The notes: generated by a model not told the origin, from the letters alone. A stretch of 64,000 nt of DNA from an uncultured Actinomycetes bacterium (GCA_963758605.1 CAVWWI010000007.1:184593-248592), one strand, 5' to 3'. Shown: positions 1-10,576, counted from the stretch's first letter. A program made the numbers and translations.

Positions 1-485
1 CCGGCCTTGTCGTCGCGGATCAGGGGCGCGTCGGGGTCGAGCGCCTTGCGGGCGTTGACGATCGCGGGCAGCGGCTCGTACTCGACGTCGATCAGCTCGA
101 GCGCGTCGTTCGCCGAGTACTCGTCGGTCGCGATGACGAACGCGACCTCCTGCCCCTGAAACCGGACCTTGTCGCCCGCCAGCACCGCCTGGGTGTCGTA
201 GGAGATCGTCGGCATCCACGCGAGGCCGAGGGTCTCCAGGTCCTTCGCGGTGACGACGGCCGCGACGTTGGGGTGCGCGAGCGCCCTCGAGGTGTCGATC
301 GAGACGATGCGGGCGTGGGCGTACGGGCTGCGCAGCATGGCGCCGTGGACCATCCCCGGGAGCCGGATGTCGTCGAGGTATCTCCCCTTGCCGCGAATGA
401 AGCGCAGGTCCTCCTTGCGCTTCAGGCGACCGAAGCCGATGGGACGCTCGGTCGTCGCACTCGGAAGGTTCTCGACGGTGGTCAT
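1..485 (-). CDS. coxL: Molybdenum-hydroxylase large subunit (CoxL / aerobic CO-dehydrogenase / xanthine-dehydrogenase family), N-terminal part; gene continues past the left edge
   Basis: Not in the ORF track because there is no stop in the window. Manual minus-strand translation from ATG at 485 gives MTTVENLPSATTERPIGFGRLKRKEDLRFIRGKGRYLDDIRLPGMVHGAMLRSPYAHARIVSIDTSRALAHPNVAAVVTAKDLE..., a typical large-subunit N-terminus. The start overlaps the coxS stop (ATGA). The form I versus form II active-site loop lies outside the window. Confidence 0.8.
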   Translation of the reverse strand, partial: MTTVENLPSATTERPIGFGRLKRKEDLRFIRGKGRYLDDIRLPGMVHGAMLRSPYAHARIVSIDTSRALAHPNVAAVVTAKDLETLGLAWMPTISYDTQAVLAGDKVRFQGQEVAFVIATDEYSANDALELIDVEYEPLPAIVNARKALDPDAPLIRDDKA

Positions 486-967
486 GCTGACACCTCCTGT
501 CTCGCGGCGGCTTCGTGCTCGGCGGCCCAACGCACGGCTGCGACGATGTTCTTGTAGCCCGTGCAGCGGCAGATGGCGCCCGAGATCGCGGTGCGGATCT
601 CGTGCTCCGTCGGATCCGGGTTCGCGTCGAGCAGCGCGCGTGCCGTCATCAGCATCCCCGGCGTGCAGAACCCGCACTGGAGGCCGTGCTGCTCGTGGAA
701 GCCCACCTGGACCGGATCCAGCCGGCCGTCGACCTCGAGCGACTCGACCGTGCGGATCTCGTGACCCTCGCACATCGCCGCCAGGATCGTGCAGGACTTC
801 ACCGTCTCGCCGTCCATCAGGACGACGCAAGCGCCGCAGTTGGAGGTGTCGCAGCCCCAGTGCGTGCCGGTCAGGTCGGGCGTCTCGCGAATGAAGTGAA
901 CGAGCAGCTGGCGCGGCTCGATCTCGCGGGAGACCTGTTCGCCGTTGATCGTTATCGAGACGTTCAT
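482..967 (-). CDS. coxS: [2Fe-2S] small subunit of CoxMSL-type molybdenum hydroxylase
   Basis: 161-aa product from the internal ATG at 967 of ORF 482..1312. Two ferredoxin-type Cys clusters are present (CDTSNCGACVV; CGFCTPG...CRCTGY). The upstream Arg/Gly-rich extension of the ORF is rejected. Confidence 0.9.
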   Translation of the reverse strand: MNVSITINGEQVSREIEPRQLLVHFIRETPDLTGTHWGCDTSNCGACVVLMDGETVKSCTILAAMCEGHEIRTVESLEVDGRLDPVQVGFHEQHGLQCGFCTPGMLMTARALLDANPDPTEHEIRTAISGAICRCTGYKNIVAAVRWAAEHEAAARQEVSA

Positions 968-969
968 GA

Positions 970-1845
970 TCAGGCCTCCTCGCCCGCGGCGCGCGCGCTC
1001 GCGCGGGTCAGAGCGCGGTGCGCGAGCACGCCCGCGAGATGCCGTTTGTAGTCCACCGGCCCTCGACCGTCCGCCGTCGGTGAGCAGTCCGCCGAGGCGA
1101 TCTCGGCCACCTCCCGGAACAGCTCGCCCGACGGAGCCTTCCCGCGCAGGAGCTCCTCGGCTCGCGAGAGATGGATCGTCGTGAGCCCGACAGCGGTGAG
1201 CGCGAGTCCGGCGTCGGCAATCTCCCCGTTCTCGATCCAGACCGCCGCCGATGCCGCGACGATCGCCCAGTCGCCGGCTCTGCGCTCGACTTTCTCGTGC
1301 GCGCTGCCGCAACCCGACCGCACCGGAATCCGCACCTCGGTGAGCATCTCGCCGTCGCCTACGGCGGTCTGGTACGGCCCGACGTGGAAGTCCTCCATCT
1401 CGACCACGCGCTCGCCGTCGGCGCCTCGTATCACCGCCTTCGCCTTGACCGCCACGCAGACGGCAGCGAGATCCTCGGCCGCGTCCGCCTGGCAGAGCGA
1501 GCCGCCGATGGTGCCGCGGTTGCGCACGACCGGGTCGGCGATCACGTCCTCGGCGTCGCGGAAGAGCGGAAAGTGCCGCGCGAGCACGTCCGAGCGCTGA
1601 AGCTGCACGTGCCGCGTCAGCGCCCCGATGCGTACCTCGGCGCCCTCCTCGCGGATGTACGAGAGCTCGCTCAGGTCGTTGATGTCGATCAGGTGCTTCG
1701 GCTTCGCGAGCCGGAGCTTCATCATCGGGAGCAGGCTGTGTCCGCCCGCGATGACGCGTGCGTCAGAGCCGAGCCTCTGCAGCGATGCGACGGCGCCCTC
1801 CACGCTGGTCGCGCGCTCGTACTCGAATGGCGCAGGGGTCTGCAC
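970..1845 (-). CDS. coxM: FAD-binding medium subunit of CoxMSL-type molybdenum hydroxylase
   Basis: ORF 970..1845, 291 aa, GTG start. Medium-subunit motifs VIAGGHSLLPMMKLRLA and NRGTIGGSL. M-S-L gene order as in cox operons. Confidence 0.9.
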   Translation of the reverse strand: MQTPAPFEYERATSVEGAVASLQRLGSDARVIAGGHSLLPMMKLRLAKPKHLIDINDLSELSYIREEGAEVRIGALTRHVQLQRSDVLARHFPLFRDAEDVIADPVVRNRGTIGGSLCQADAAEDLAAVCVAVKAKAVIRGADGERVVEMEDFHVGPYQTAVGDGEMLTEVRIPVRSGCGSAHEKVERRAGDWAIVAASAAVWIENGEIADAGLALTAVGLTTIHLSRAEELLRGKAPSGELFREVAEIASADCSPTADGRGPVDYKRHLAGVLAHRALTRASARAAGEEA

Positions 1846-1889
1846 AAGGCTCCTCTCGTATCAGGGTACGGAAAAGCGGCCGACGAGGT

Positions 1890-2765
1890 TCACGACCGGC
1901 TCGGGAGGTGCTTACGCGGTCTCCCGATGTCCTCCCGCTCCTCGTACTGCACGGGCGCGTCGGTGCCGATGACGGGGGACCTGGGGAGGGACTCGGGCCG
2001 CGTCTGACGGATCTCCGGGTACAGCATCCGCGCCGCGAGACTCCCTCCCTCGACGTCCCGCAGCGCAGGACCGGCCGGGTTCCCGGCCGCGATCGGCGCC
2101 TCCCGGCCGAGCCGTGCCAGCGTGAGCGTGCCCTTCGTGTAGACCTCGCCGATGCGCGGTGCCTTGATCGTGCTGCTCTCCGGGAAGTTCCGGAGCCCGG
2201 CTGCGGCGGCTCCAGGGTAGAGGCCCTCGACGAGGCCGACAGCATCGGACAGCCCGGCCTTCTTCACGAGCAGACCCTCGAGCAGGTCGACGCCCGCGTC
2301 GAGCTGCTGGTTGATGGTCGTCACGACCTCGTTGACCGGCGCGCTCTTCTCGACGATCCCACTCACGCCGGCAATGGCGTCGTCCAGGCCCGCGCTGATC
2401 TTCCGCAGCTGCACGATCACGGAGACCAGGTAGTAGACGAGCGCGGCGAGGATCAGCGCGACGGCGAGGATCGTGATCGTTCCCGCGGCGTTCATCGATC
2501 CTCGTCCGGGAGCGTCGTCGAGGATCACGTCGAGCGAGCCGCCGTAGTTCGCGGCGACCGCGATGGTCTGCTGCACCTGATCCTGCGTCGTCAGGAGCAG
2601 CGCGGCCGCGTCGAGGTCCTTCGACCCCGCTGCGGCTGCCGCTGCGATCTGCTGCACGCTCGGGACGATGCTCCTGGCGGCTTCGAGCACGCCGCGGAGC
2701 AGGTAGATCACGACCGGGAGCACGACGACGAGCAGGACGACGTTCCCGATCCACCAGAGGATCAT
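1890..2765 (-). CDS. Membrane protein with two DUF948-like modules (TM helix plus helical segment) and a unique C-terminal tail of about 110 aa
   Basis: ATG at 2765, internal to ORF 1890..3068. Module 1: MILWWIGNVVLLVVVLPVVIYLLRGVLEAARS... Module 2: ITILAVALILAALVYYLVSVIVQLRKISAGLDDAIAGV... ATGA overlap with the upstream gene. The stop is 44 nt before coxM. Confidence 0.65.
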   Translation of the reverse strand: MILWWIGNVVLLVVVLPVVIYLLRGVLEAARSIVPSVQQIAAAAAAGSKDLDAAALLLTTQDQVQQTIAVAANYGGSLDVILDDAPGRGSMNAAGTITILAVALILAALVYYLVSVIVQLRKISAGLDDAIAGVSGIVEKSAPVNEVVTTINQQLDAGVDLLEGLLVKKAGLSDAVGLVEGLYPGAAAAGLRNFPESSTIKAPRIGEVYTKGTLTLARLGREAPIAAGNPAGPALRDVEGGSLAARMLYPEIRQTRPESLPRSPVIGTDAPVQYEEREDIGRPRKHLPSRS

Positions 2766-3040
2766 CGAGGTCTCCGCTCGGCCACGATCGCCGCTTTCCT
2801 GGCGATTCCCGGGAACGCGCCGAGGATGACGTCGAACTGCGCGTTGATCGCGTTCACCGCGGGCTCGAGAGGTCGCAGGTGCTGCGATTCGACGTCCCGC
2901 AAGGCGGAGCCGAGCGTCGCGAGCCCTTCCGAGGCCCGACGGAGGCCCCTGCGGACCTCGATCAGCGCGACGGCGACCACGCCGACGACGATCGCCGCCA
3001 GCACGACGCTCAGGAGGATGAGGAGGTCCGTGTCGCTCAT
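2762..3040 (-). CDS. Small single-pass membrane protein, DUF948-like architecture
   Basis: ORF 2762..3040, 92 aa: LLILLSVVLAAIVVGVVAVALIEVRRGLRRASEGLATLGSALRDVE... ATGA overlaps at both ends. Confidence 0.65.
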   Translation of the reverse strand: MSDTDLLILLSVVLAAIVVGVVAVALIEVRRGLRRASEGLATLGSALRDVESQHLRPLEPAVNAINAQFDVILGAFPGIARKAAIVAERRPR

Positions 3041-3330
3041 CGCCCGTCGAACCCGTCCGTGAGCGCATTCATGTAGCCGTCCTGGATCACGGCCTCGTCC
3101 ACGATGAGCGCCAGGACGGGCGCCGTCGCCTCGAGCTGCGGAATGAACGCCGTGTTCGCGCCTACCTTGCCCGCGACCTCCAGCAGACCTTCGACCGACC
3201 GCTCGATGCGCCTGACCGTCAGCACGAGCGCGATCAGCAGAAGCGCGACGGCCACCGCTGCCGCCGTGGCGATGCCGAGCGAGATCGCCCAGTACTCGTT
3301 GAAGGACAGCGCGAGGAGGGCGGCCGTCAC
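3037..3330 (-). CDS. Small single-pass membrane protein, DUF948-like architecture
   Basis: GTG at 3330, internal to ORF 3037..3597: VTAALLALSFNEYWAISLGIATAAAVAVALLLIALVLTVRRIERSVEGLLEVAG... GTGA overlap with the upstream gene. Confidence 0.6.
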   Translation of the reverse strand: MTAALLALSFNEYWAISLGIATAAAVAVALLLIALVLTVRRIERSVEGLLEVAGKVGANTAFIPQLEATAPVLALIVDEAVIQDGYMNALTDGFDGR

Positions 3331-3590
3331 TTCCCGACCGCCACCTTCCGGAGCGCGCGGGCGGAGTGCAGTATCCGCACGCCCGAGTCGTTGATCCGCG
3401 CGACGCCGCCGAGCTCGGCGGTCTGCTGACGGATCACCTCGACGGCTTCGACGGCCGTGCTTGCCTGCTTCGCGATCCTCATGGCCAGGAAGACGATCGC
3501 GATGACGATCACAGCGGCGACCGCGATCACCACGACCCCGAGCGCGATCCCGAACTGCCACCAGCCGGCCGACGCGATCAGCGCCAGCAT
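3327..3590 (-). CDS. Small single-pass membrane protein, DUF948-like architecture; first gene of the array
   Basis: ORF 3327..3590, 87 aa: MLALIASAGWWQFGIALGVVVIAVAAVIVIAIVFLAMRIAKQASTAVEAVEVIRQQTAEL... Confidence 0.6.
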   Translation of the reverse strand: MLALIASAGWWQFGIALGVVVIAVAAVIVIAIVFLAMRIAKQASTAVEAVEVIRQQTAELGGVARINDSGVRILHSARALRKVAVGK

Positions 3591-3820
3591 GCGACACCGG
3601 GCCGTTGCAGAGCGGACGGAGACTCAGCCTCTCGTGTCATCACCTGTCCTTGGTGTTCCTGTCGAGGTGGGGCCACCCTAATCCGAGGCCAAAAACGCGT
3701 CAAGCCATCCGTGAGGTCCGCGCGGTCGACCGCCGAGCCCGCTGACTCAGCCGCCGGGAAACGCTTGGGAGCCACGGCTACGATCGACGTCGTCCCGTGA
3801 TCCACGTCCGATTGCCGGCA

Positions 3821-4840
3821 ATGCCGTTCGTCCGCTTCGTGCTGCGTCGCGCCGCGGCGCTCGTCCTCCTGTGCCTCGGCATCACATTCGTCGCGTTCGC
3901 GCTTACCCAGCTCGTACCGAGCGACCCCGTCGCGGCCAATCTCGGCGAGCAGGCGGCCGCCGACCCCGAGGCAGTGGCGGCCTTCGAGGAGCGCTACGGA
4001 CTCGACGATCCCGTCCCCGTCCAGTATTGGAACTACTTGACGAACCTGCTCCAGGGTGATCTCGGGGAATCGCTCCAAGATCACCAGCCGGTTCGGGAGA
4101 ACCTCGCGAGGTATGCGCCGGCGACCGCGGAGCTCGCGATCTTCTCGACGCTCATCGCAGTGCCCTTCGGCATCGCGTTCGGCGTCGCCGCCGCAGTCCG
4201 ACGCAATCGGTTCACCGACCATGCCCTGCGGGTCTTCTCGCTCGGCGGAATCTCCATGCCGACGTTCTGGATCGCCCTCGTCGCGCTCTACGTGTTCTTC
4301 TACCAGCTCGGTTGGTTCCCCGGCGGTGACCGGCTCGACCCCGGCGTTCTCGCGCCTCCTCACCGCACCGGGATGTACACCATCGACGCGCTCCTGGTCG
4401 GGCAGTGGAGCACGGCCTGGAACGCGCTGCACCACCTGATGCTGCCCGCCCTCGTCCTCGCGGCATACAACATCGGCCTCCTTACCCGCTATACGCGCTC
4501 CGCGGTGCTCGAGGTGATCGGCAACGACTACGTGCGCGCCGCCCGCGCGAAGGGCCTCCCCGAGCACGACGTCCTGGTTCGTTACGTCCTCCGAGCCGCC
4601 CTGCCTTCGATCGTGACCGTCATCGGGCTCGTCTTCGCGAACGTGCTGACCGGGACCGTGCTCGTCGAGACGATCTTCGCCTGGCCCGGCATCGGTCAGT
4701 ACGCGTACCGCAGCGCCGTGACGCTCGACCTGCCCGCAATCATGGGTGTCAGCCTCTTCGTCGCGCTCGTCTACGTGACGGTCAACTTCGTCGTCGACGT
4801 CCTGTACGGCGTCATCGATCCTCGGATTCGCGTGACGTGA
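3821..4840 (+). CDS. Peptide/nickel-type ABC transporter permease (DppB/OppB-like)
   Basis: ATG at 3821 within ORF 3797..4840. The N-terminus MPFVRFVLRRAAALVLLCLGITFVAFALTQLVPSDP is typical of DppB, and a binding-protein-dependent permease core is present. Confidence 0.9.
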   Translation: MPFVRFVLRRAAALVLLCLGITFVAFALTQLVPSDPVAANLGEQAAADPEAVAAFEERYGLDDPVPVQYWNYLTNLLQGDLGESLQDHQPVRENLARYAPATAELAIFSTLIAVPFGIAFGVAAAVRRNRFTDHALRVFSLGGISMPTFWIALVALYVFFYQLGWFPGGDRLDPGVLAPPHRTGMYTIDALLVGQWSTAWNALHHLMLPALVLAAYNIGLLTRYTRSAVLEVIGNDYVRAARAKGLPEHDVLVRYVLRAALPSIVTVIGLVFANVLTGTVLVETIFAWPGIGQYAYRSAVTLDLPAIMGVSLFVALVYVTVNFVVDVLYGVIDPRIRVT

Positions 4841-5724
4841 GCACCACCGTCGCGCCGGAAGTACCGCTACGGACGCGAGCGCGGGCGCGCTGGTTCCCGC
4901 CGGCGCTGCGGCAGCCGCTTGCGCTGGTGGGCGCGAGCGTGGCGGTCCTCTGGTTCCTCGTCGCGGTCTTCGCGCCGCTCGTCGCGCCGTACGACCCGCT
5001 CGAGCAGGCGTTCACGCCATTCGAGTCGCCGTCGGCCGACCATCTGTTCGGAACGGACGAGCTGGGGCGCGACGTCTTCTCTCGCGTGGTCTACGGAGCT
5101 CGCATCTCGCTCCCGCTCGGGCTCCTCCTCGTCGTGCTCGCCTTGACGATCGGCGGGACTCTCGGGGCCCTCGCCGGCTACTTCCGCGGCTGGGCGGACG
5201 GAGCGGTCATGCGTACTGCAGATCTCGTCTTCGCGTTCCCCGCGATCATCCTCGCGATGGTCGTGACCGCCGCCCTCGGGCGCGGGCTCACGAACGCCGT
5301 CCTTGCGCTCGTGATCGTTGCGTGGCCGTCCTATGCGCGGGTCGTGCGCAGCCTCGTTCTCTCGGTCGGCGATGCCGAGTACGTCTGGGCGACGCGACTG
5401 CTCGGCAGCTCGGCTCGTCGAGCACTCGTCCGGGAAGTGCTGCCAAACGTCGTCGGCCCGGTCCTCGTGCTCGCCACCCTCGACGTGGGCAACGCGATCT
5501 TGCTTCTCTCTGGGCTGTCGTTCCTCGGTCTCGGTGCCCAGCCACCGGCCGCCGAGTGGGGCTCGATGGTTGCGACGGGCACCCAATACTTCCAGTTCTG
5601 GTGGATGGGGACTTTCCCGGGCCTCGCGATCTTCACGGCGGTTCTGGCGTTCAACTTCATCGGTGACAGCCTGCGCGACGTTTTCGACCCGCGAACCGCG
5701 CGCGAGTCGCGGGAGCGGATGTGA
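4837..5724 (+). CDS. Peptide/nickel-type ABC transporter permease (DppC/OppC-like)
   Basis: GTG at 4837 (GTGA overlap), in frame with ORF 4405..5724. Motifs ...HLFGTDELGRDVFSRVVYGARISL... and ...FPGLAIFTAVLAFNFIGDSLRDVFDPR. Confidence 0.9.
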   Translation: MSTTVAPEVPLRTRARARWFPPALRQPLALVGASVAVLWFLVAVFAPLVAPYDPLEQAFTPFESPSADHLFGTDELGRDVFSRVVYGARISLPLGLLLVVLALTIGGTLGALAGYFRGWADGAVMRTADLVFAFPAIILAMVVTAALGRGLTNAVLALVIVAWPSYARVVRSLVLSVGDAEYVWATRLLGSSARRALVREVLPNVVGPVLVLATLDVGNAILLLSGLSFLGLGAQPPAAEWGSMVATGTQYFQFWWMGTFPGLAIFTAVLAFNFIGDSLRDVFDPRTARESRERM

Positions 5725-6694
5725 CCCCGGTCCTCGAGGTCGGCCGGCTTTGTGTCCGGCTGCCGACGCCCGACGGGCCCGCCACAGTGGTAGACGGGAT
5801 CGACTACCGCGTCGAGGTGGGCGAGGTGTTCGGCATCGCCGGCGAGAGCGGAAGCGGGAAGACCATGTCCGTGCTCGCGCTCATGGGGCTGTTGCCGCAG
5901 GGTGCGGCGGTCGAAGGCCGTGCGGTCTTCGAGGGCCAGGACCTGCTCCGTCTGCCACCGGGCCAGCTACGCCGGATCTGCGGCCGCGACCTTGCGATGG
6001 TCTTCCAGGATCCCATGACCTCCCTGCATCCGATGTTGTCCATCGGAACGCAGCTCACCGAGCACGTGCGCCTGCATCTCGGCCTCGGACGTAGGGCCGC
6101 AGCCGAGCTGGCCGTCGAGGCGCTGCGGGAGGTACGGATCCCGGATCCCGAGAGCGCGCTCCGGGCCTTCCCGCACCAGTTCTCCGGAGGGATGCGACAA
6201 CGGATCGCCATCGCTGTCGCACTCGCGTGCCGGCCGAAGCTCCTCGTCGCCGACGAGCCGACGACCGCGCTCGACGTCACGGTCCAGGCCGGGATCATCC
6301 GACTGCTCGACCGCCTTCGGAGGGAGTCGGGGTTGACGATCGTCCTCATCACGCACGACCTCGGCGTCCTCTCGTCGATCGTGGACCGGGTCGCGGTCTT
6401 CTACGCCGGTCGCGTGGTGGAGGCGGGGAGCCGGACCGAGGTCCTGGGCCACCCCAGACACCCGTATACGCGCGGGCTCCTGGACGCGTTGCCCCACCCG
6501 GAAGCGGCGGCGACACCGCTCATCGCGATCCAAGGCGCGCCACCCACCCCGCGTCGCATTCCCCCCGGCTGCGCGTTCCATCCGCGCTGCCGGTACGCGC
6601 GCGCATCGTGCAGGGAGGCGATCCCGCCGCTCGTGCCGGTGAACGGGCGCGCGCTCGCCTGTCCCGTGGACCCGCTTCGCCCCGCAGGTCCACG

Positions 6695-6698
<4 letters not shown>
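5721..6698 (+). CDS. Peptide ABC transporter ATP-binding protein (DppD/OppD-like)
   Basis: ORF 5721..6698. Walker A GESGSGKT, signature FSGGMRQR, Walker B LLVADEPTTALD, and the oligopeptide C-terminal Cys motif (PPGCAFHPRCRYA). Confidence 0.9.
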
Positions 6699-7705
<1,007 letters not shown>

Positions 7706-7742
7706 GCTGAAAGGCCCCGATCTCCAAGGTAAGGAGACACTT

Positions 7743-9350
7743 ATGTCACTCGGCGTCCGTTCCAGGGCCAGCCTCGCCATCGGCATCACGCTCGTCGCCG
7801 CAGCGACTGCCTTCTTAAGCGCGTCCGCCTGGTCAGCGGAGGTGCAAACCGAGACGCTCGTCGTCGACCGCTCGTTCGAGATCAGGACGTCCGATCCGCA
7901 ACGAGCGTTCGAGCCGACCGCGTCCATCGTCGATCGCGCGATCTACGACACGTTGCTCACCTTCAAGGGCGGCGACGTCTCGCGCCCGCTTCCGATGGCA
8001 GCGCAGAGCTTCCAAGCGTCGAGAGATGCGAAGACGTACACCTTCCAGCTCAGGCGCGACATCCGGTTCGCCGACGGGACTCCCATGACGGCCGCCGACG
8101 TCGTCTTCTCGCTCCGCCGATTGATCAACCTCAAGGGCAATCCTTCGTTCCTGCTCGGGGGCGTAAGGGTTTCCGCCACCGGCAAGTACACCGTCGTGCT
8201 CCGCTCGGCGACGCCGAACACTGCACTCCCGGCAATCGTGGCGAACACGTCGCTCGGGATCGTGAACTCGAAGCTCGCCAAGCGGAACGGCGCGACGGCC
8301 GCGGTCGGCGCCGACAAGACCGACAAGGCGGAGAAGTGGTTCAACTCCGCAGCATCCCGCGGCGCCGGGAGCGGACCGTACCTGCTCAGGCAGTACAGCA
8401 CGACGTCACAGATCATCCTCGAGCAGAACCCGCGCTACTGGGGTCGGAAGCCAGCGTTCGAGCGGGTCGTGATCCGCAACATGATCTCCGCAACGCAGTT
8501 CGTCAACGTCCAGCGCGGCACGCACGAGGTCGCCATCGACCTCTCCGCCCAGCACGCACAGTCGCTTCGTAACAGTCAGCGTGTCGGCGTGACGACGCAG
8601 CCCTCGACGTGGGTGTTCTGGCTGTTCGCGAACAACAACCCGTCGATCTCTGCAGCGACCCCGAACAAGCGGTTCCAGTCCGCCGTTCGCTACGCCCTCG
8701 ACTATCGCTCGTTCGTGGAACTCGCCGGTCCCGGAGCGGTCCAGGCGCGGGGGATCATCCCGTCGATGCTCCTGGGCTCACTGCCCCCCGGATCGGCTGT
8801 CAGCCGAAACCTCAACCGGGCCAGAACCGAGCTCGCCGCATCCGGCGTCGGCGACCAGACGTTCACCGTCGAGTATCCGAGCGACCTGACCATCAACGGG
8901 GTCGCTTTCGCCACCCTCGCGCAGCGGGTCCAGGCGAACCTCGAGGACATCGGGCTGAAGGTCGAGCTGGCCGGTGCTCCCGTCGGCACGTGGCTCGACA
9001 AGTACCGGAACGGCACGATGGCTTTCGGCCTGTCCCTCTGGGGGCCGGACTATCCCGACCCGGCGGACTACCTGGCCTTCATGCCGGGAGAGCTCGTCGG
9101 CACGCGTGTCGGGTGGCCGAAGGGCTCCGACCAGGCGCTCGAGCGACTCGCTGCGAGGGCGCGGGTCACGACCAGCGACGTCGCCCGAGCGCCCATCTAC
9201 CGGCAGATCCAGCAGCGGCTCAATCAGACGGGTCCGTACTTCCCGCTGATTCAGCCGACGCAGGTCTTCGCGTCGACGAAGGATCTGCGCGGGGCGGTCT
9301 TCAACCCGCTCTACTCGATCGACGTGCGCCTGCCGCGGGCGGCGGGCTAG
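7743..9350 (+). CDS. ABC transporter substrate-binding protein, family 5 (peptide/nickel type), secreted
   Basis: ATG at 7743, preceded by AAGGAGA. Signal-like N-terminus MSLGVRSRASLAIGITLVAAATAFLSASAWSA. SBP_bac_5-like body. Confidence 0.85.
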   Translation: MSLGVRSRASLAIGITLVAAATAFLSASAWSAEVQTETLVVDRSFEIRTSDPQRAFEPTASIVDRAIYDTLLTFKGGDVSRPLPMAAQSFQASRDAKTYTFQLRRDIRFADGTPMTAADVVFSLRRLINLKGNPSFLLGGVRVSATGKYTVVLRSATPNTALPAIVANTSLGIVNSKLAKRNGATAAVGADKTDKAEKWFNSAASRGAGSGPYLLRQYSTTSQIILEQNPRYWGRKPAFERVVIRNMISATQFVNVQRGTHEVAIDLSAQHAQSLRNSQRVGVTTQPSTWVFWLFANNNPSISAATPNKRFQSAVRYALDYRSFVELAGPGAVQARGIIPSMLLGSLPPGSAVSRNLNRARTELAASGVGDQTFTVEYPSDLTINGVAFATLAQRVQANLEDIGLKVELAGAPVGTWLDKYRNGTMAFGLSLWGPDYPDPADYLAFMPGELVGTRVGWPKGSDQALERLAARARVTTSDVARAPIYRQIQQRLNQTGPYFPLIQPTQVFASTKDLRGAVFNPLYSIDVRLPRAAG

Positions 9351-10576
9351 CAGGTCGGAGCTGGGGCGGTCGCACTTCGGCGGCCGCCCCGCTCACACGT
9401 TGACGATGAGGTCGGGGGGAAGCGGTTCAGCTTCCGTCCACCATCGGGCTCGCAGACCACCACGTCCTCGATCCGGACGCCGAAGCGACCGTCGACGAGG
9501 ATCGACGGCTCGTCGGTGAACGTCATGCCTGTCTCGAGGAGCGTCTCTTCTTCCTCGGAGACGAACGGGCGCTCGTGGACGTCCAGCCCGATTCCGTGGC
9601 CCATGCGGTGCTTGAAGTTCGGTCCGTGGCCGCCCTCCTCGATCGGCTCGCGACACGCGCGGTTGACCTCGCTCGCGAGCACTCCCGGCCGGAGCGCCTC
9701 GCGGCCTGCTTCCTGTGCGGCGAGAACGAGGTCGTAAGCATCGCGTACCTCCGCTGCCGGCTCTCCGACGCAGACCGTCCGGCCGAAGTCCGAGCAATAC
9801 CCGTCGACGACGGCGCCGAAGTCGAACATCACGACGTCTCCCTCTTCGATGGGCTCGCTGTGGCTCTCCTCGGCAGAGTTCTTGCCCCCCACGAAGCTGG
9901 TGAAGACGTGGGTCGTGAACGAAGGCACGCGCGAGCCGAGCAGCCGCATCGAGTGCTCCAGCTCCTCGACGAGTTCCAGCATCGTCGCGCCGGGCCGGAC
10001 CTTCGGCGCGACTACGGCGATCGTGTCATCGCACACGCGGCAAGCGCGCTCCATGACCTCGAGCTCCTCGGGTGACTTCGTCCGCCGAAGCTCGTTCACC
10101 AGCGCCGAGCCGGTGACGATGCGCTCGGGTGACAATGCCTCGGTGAGGTGGAGCAGCGTCTCGGCCCAGATACGGTCGCCAACCGCAAGCTTCCGCGTCT
10201 CCCCCATGCCGACCGCCGCCGTCTCGAACAACGCCGCCCCGTCGTCGCGCTCGGAGACGACCACGACCTCGCCCGGCAGCTCTCCGGCGAGGTCGAACAG
10301 GGTCATCATCCGCGGCAGGACGAAGACGGGATCGCGATTGGGGCGGAAGAACGCGCCTGCCACCCAGCCGTGCGCGTACTGCGATTGGCCGAAGGTCGGG
10401 ATGGCCCGCTCCACGCCGGTGAGGTACTCGAGATCCGAGGACGGCTGGAGGAAGAGGAGATCCACGCCGGCGGCACCCATGCGCTCCGCGAGGCGACGTC
10501 GCCGCTCCGAGTAGTCGAACACGACCACGAGTCTAGGCCGCTCGACGAGGTGCGAGACTGCAACCGTGGCCCACAT
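9347..10576 (-). CDS. M24-family metallopeptidase (Xaa-Pro aminopeptidase / creatinase-like)
   Basis: ORF 9347..10576. Creatinase/prolidase N-domain plus M24 metal-ligand context (DFGAVVDGYCSDFGRT, HGIGLDVHE, FTDEPS, RIED). The real start may be GTG at 10528. The last ~20 codons look out of frame (see finding on the G6 tract 9414-9419), and the alternative stop is at 9393. Confidence 0.8.
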   Translation of the reverse strand: MWATVAVSHLVERPRLVVVFDYSERRRRLAERMGAAGVDLLFLQPSSDLEYLTGVERAIPTFGQSQYAHGWVAGAFFRPNRDPVFVLPRMMTLFDLAGELPGEVVVVSERDDGAALFETAAVGMGETRKLAVGDRIWAETLLHLTEALSPERIVTGSALVNELRRTKSPEELEVMERACRVCDDTIAVVAPKVRPGATMLELVEELEHSMRLLGSRVPSFTTHVFTSFVGGKNSAEESHSEPIEEGDVVMFDFGAVVDGYCSDFGRTVCVGEPAAEVRDAYDLVLAAQEAGREALRPGVLASEVNRACREPIEEGGHGPNFKHRMGHGIGLDVHERPFVSEEEETLLETGMTFTDEPSILVDGRFGVRIEDVVVCEPDGGRKLNRFPPTSSSTCERGGRRSATAPAPTC

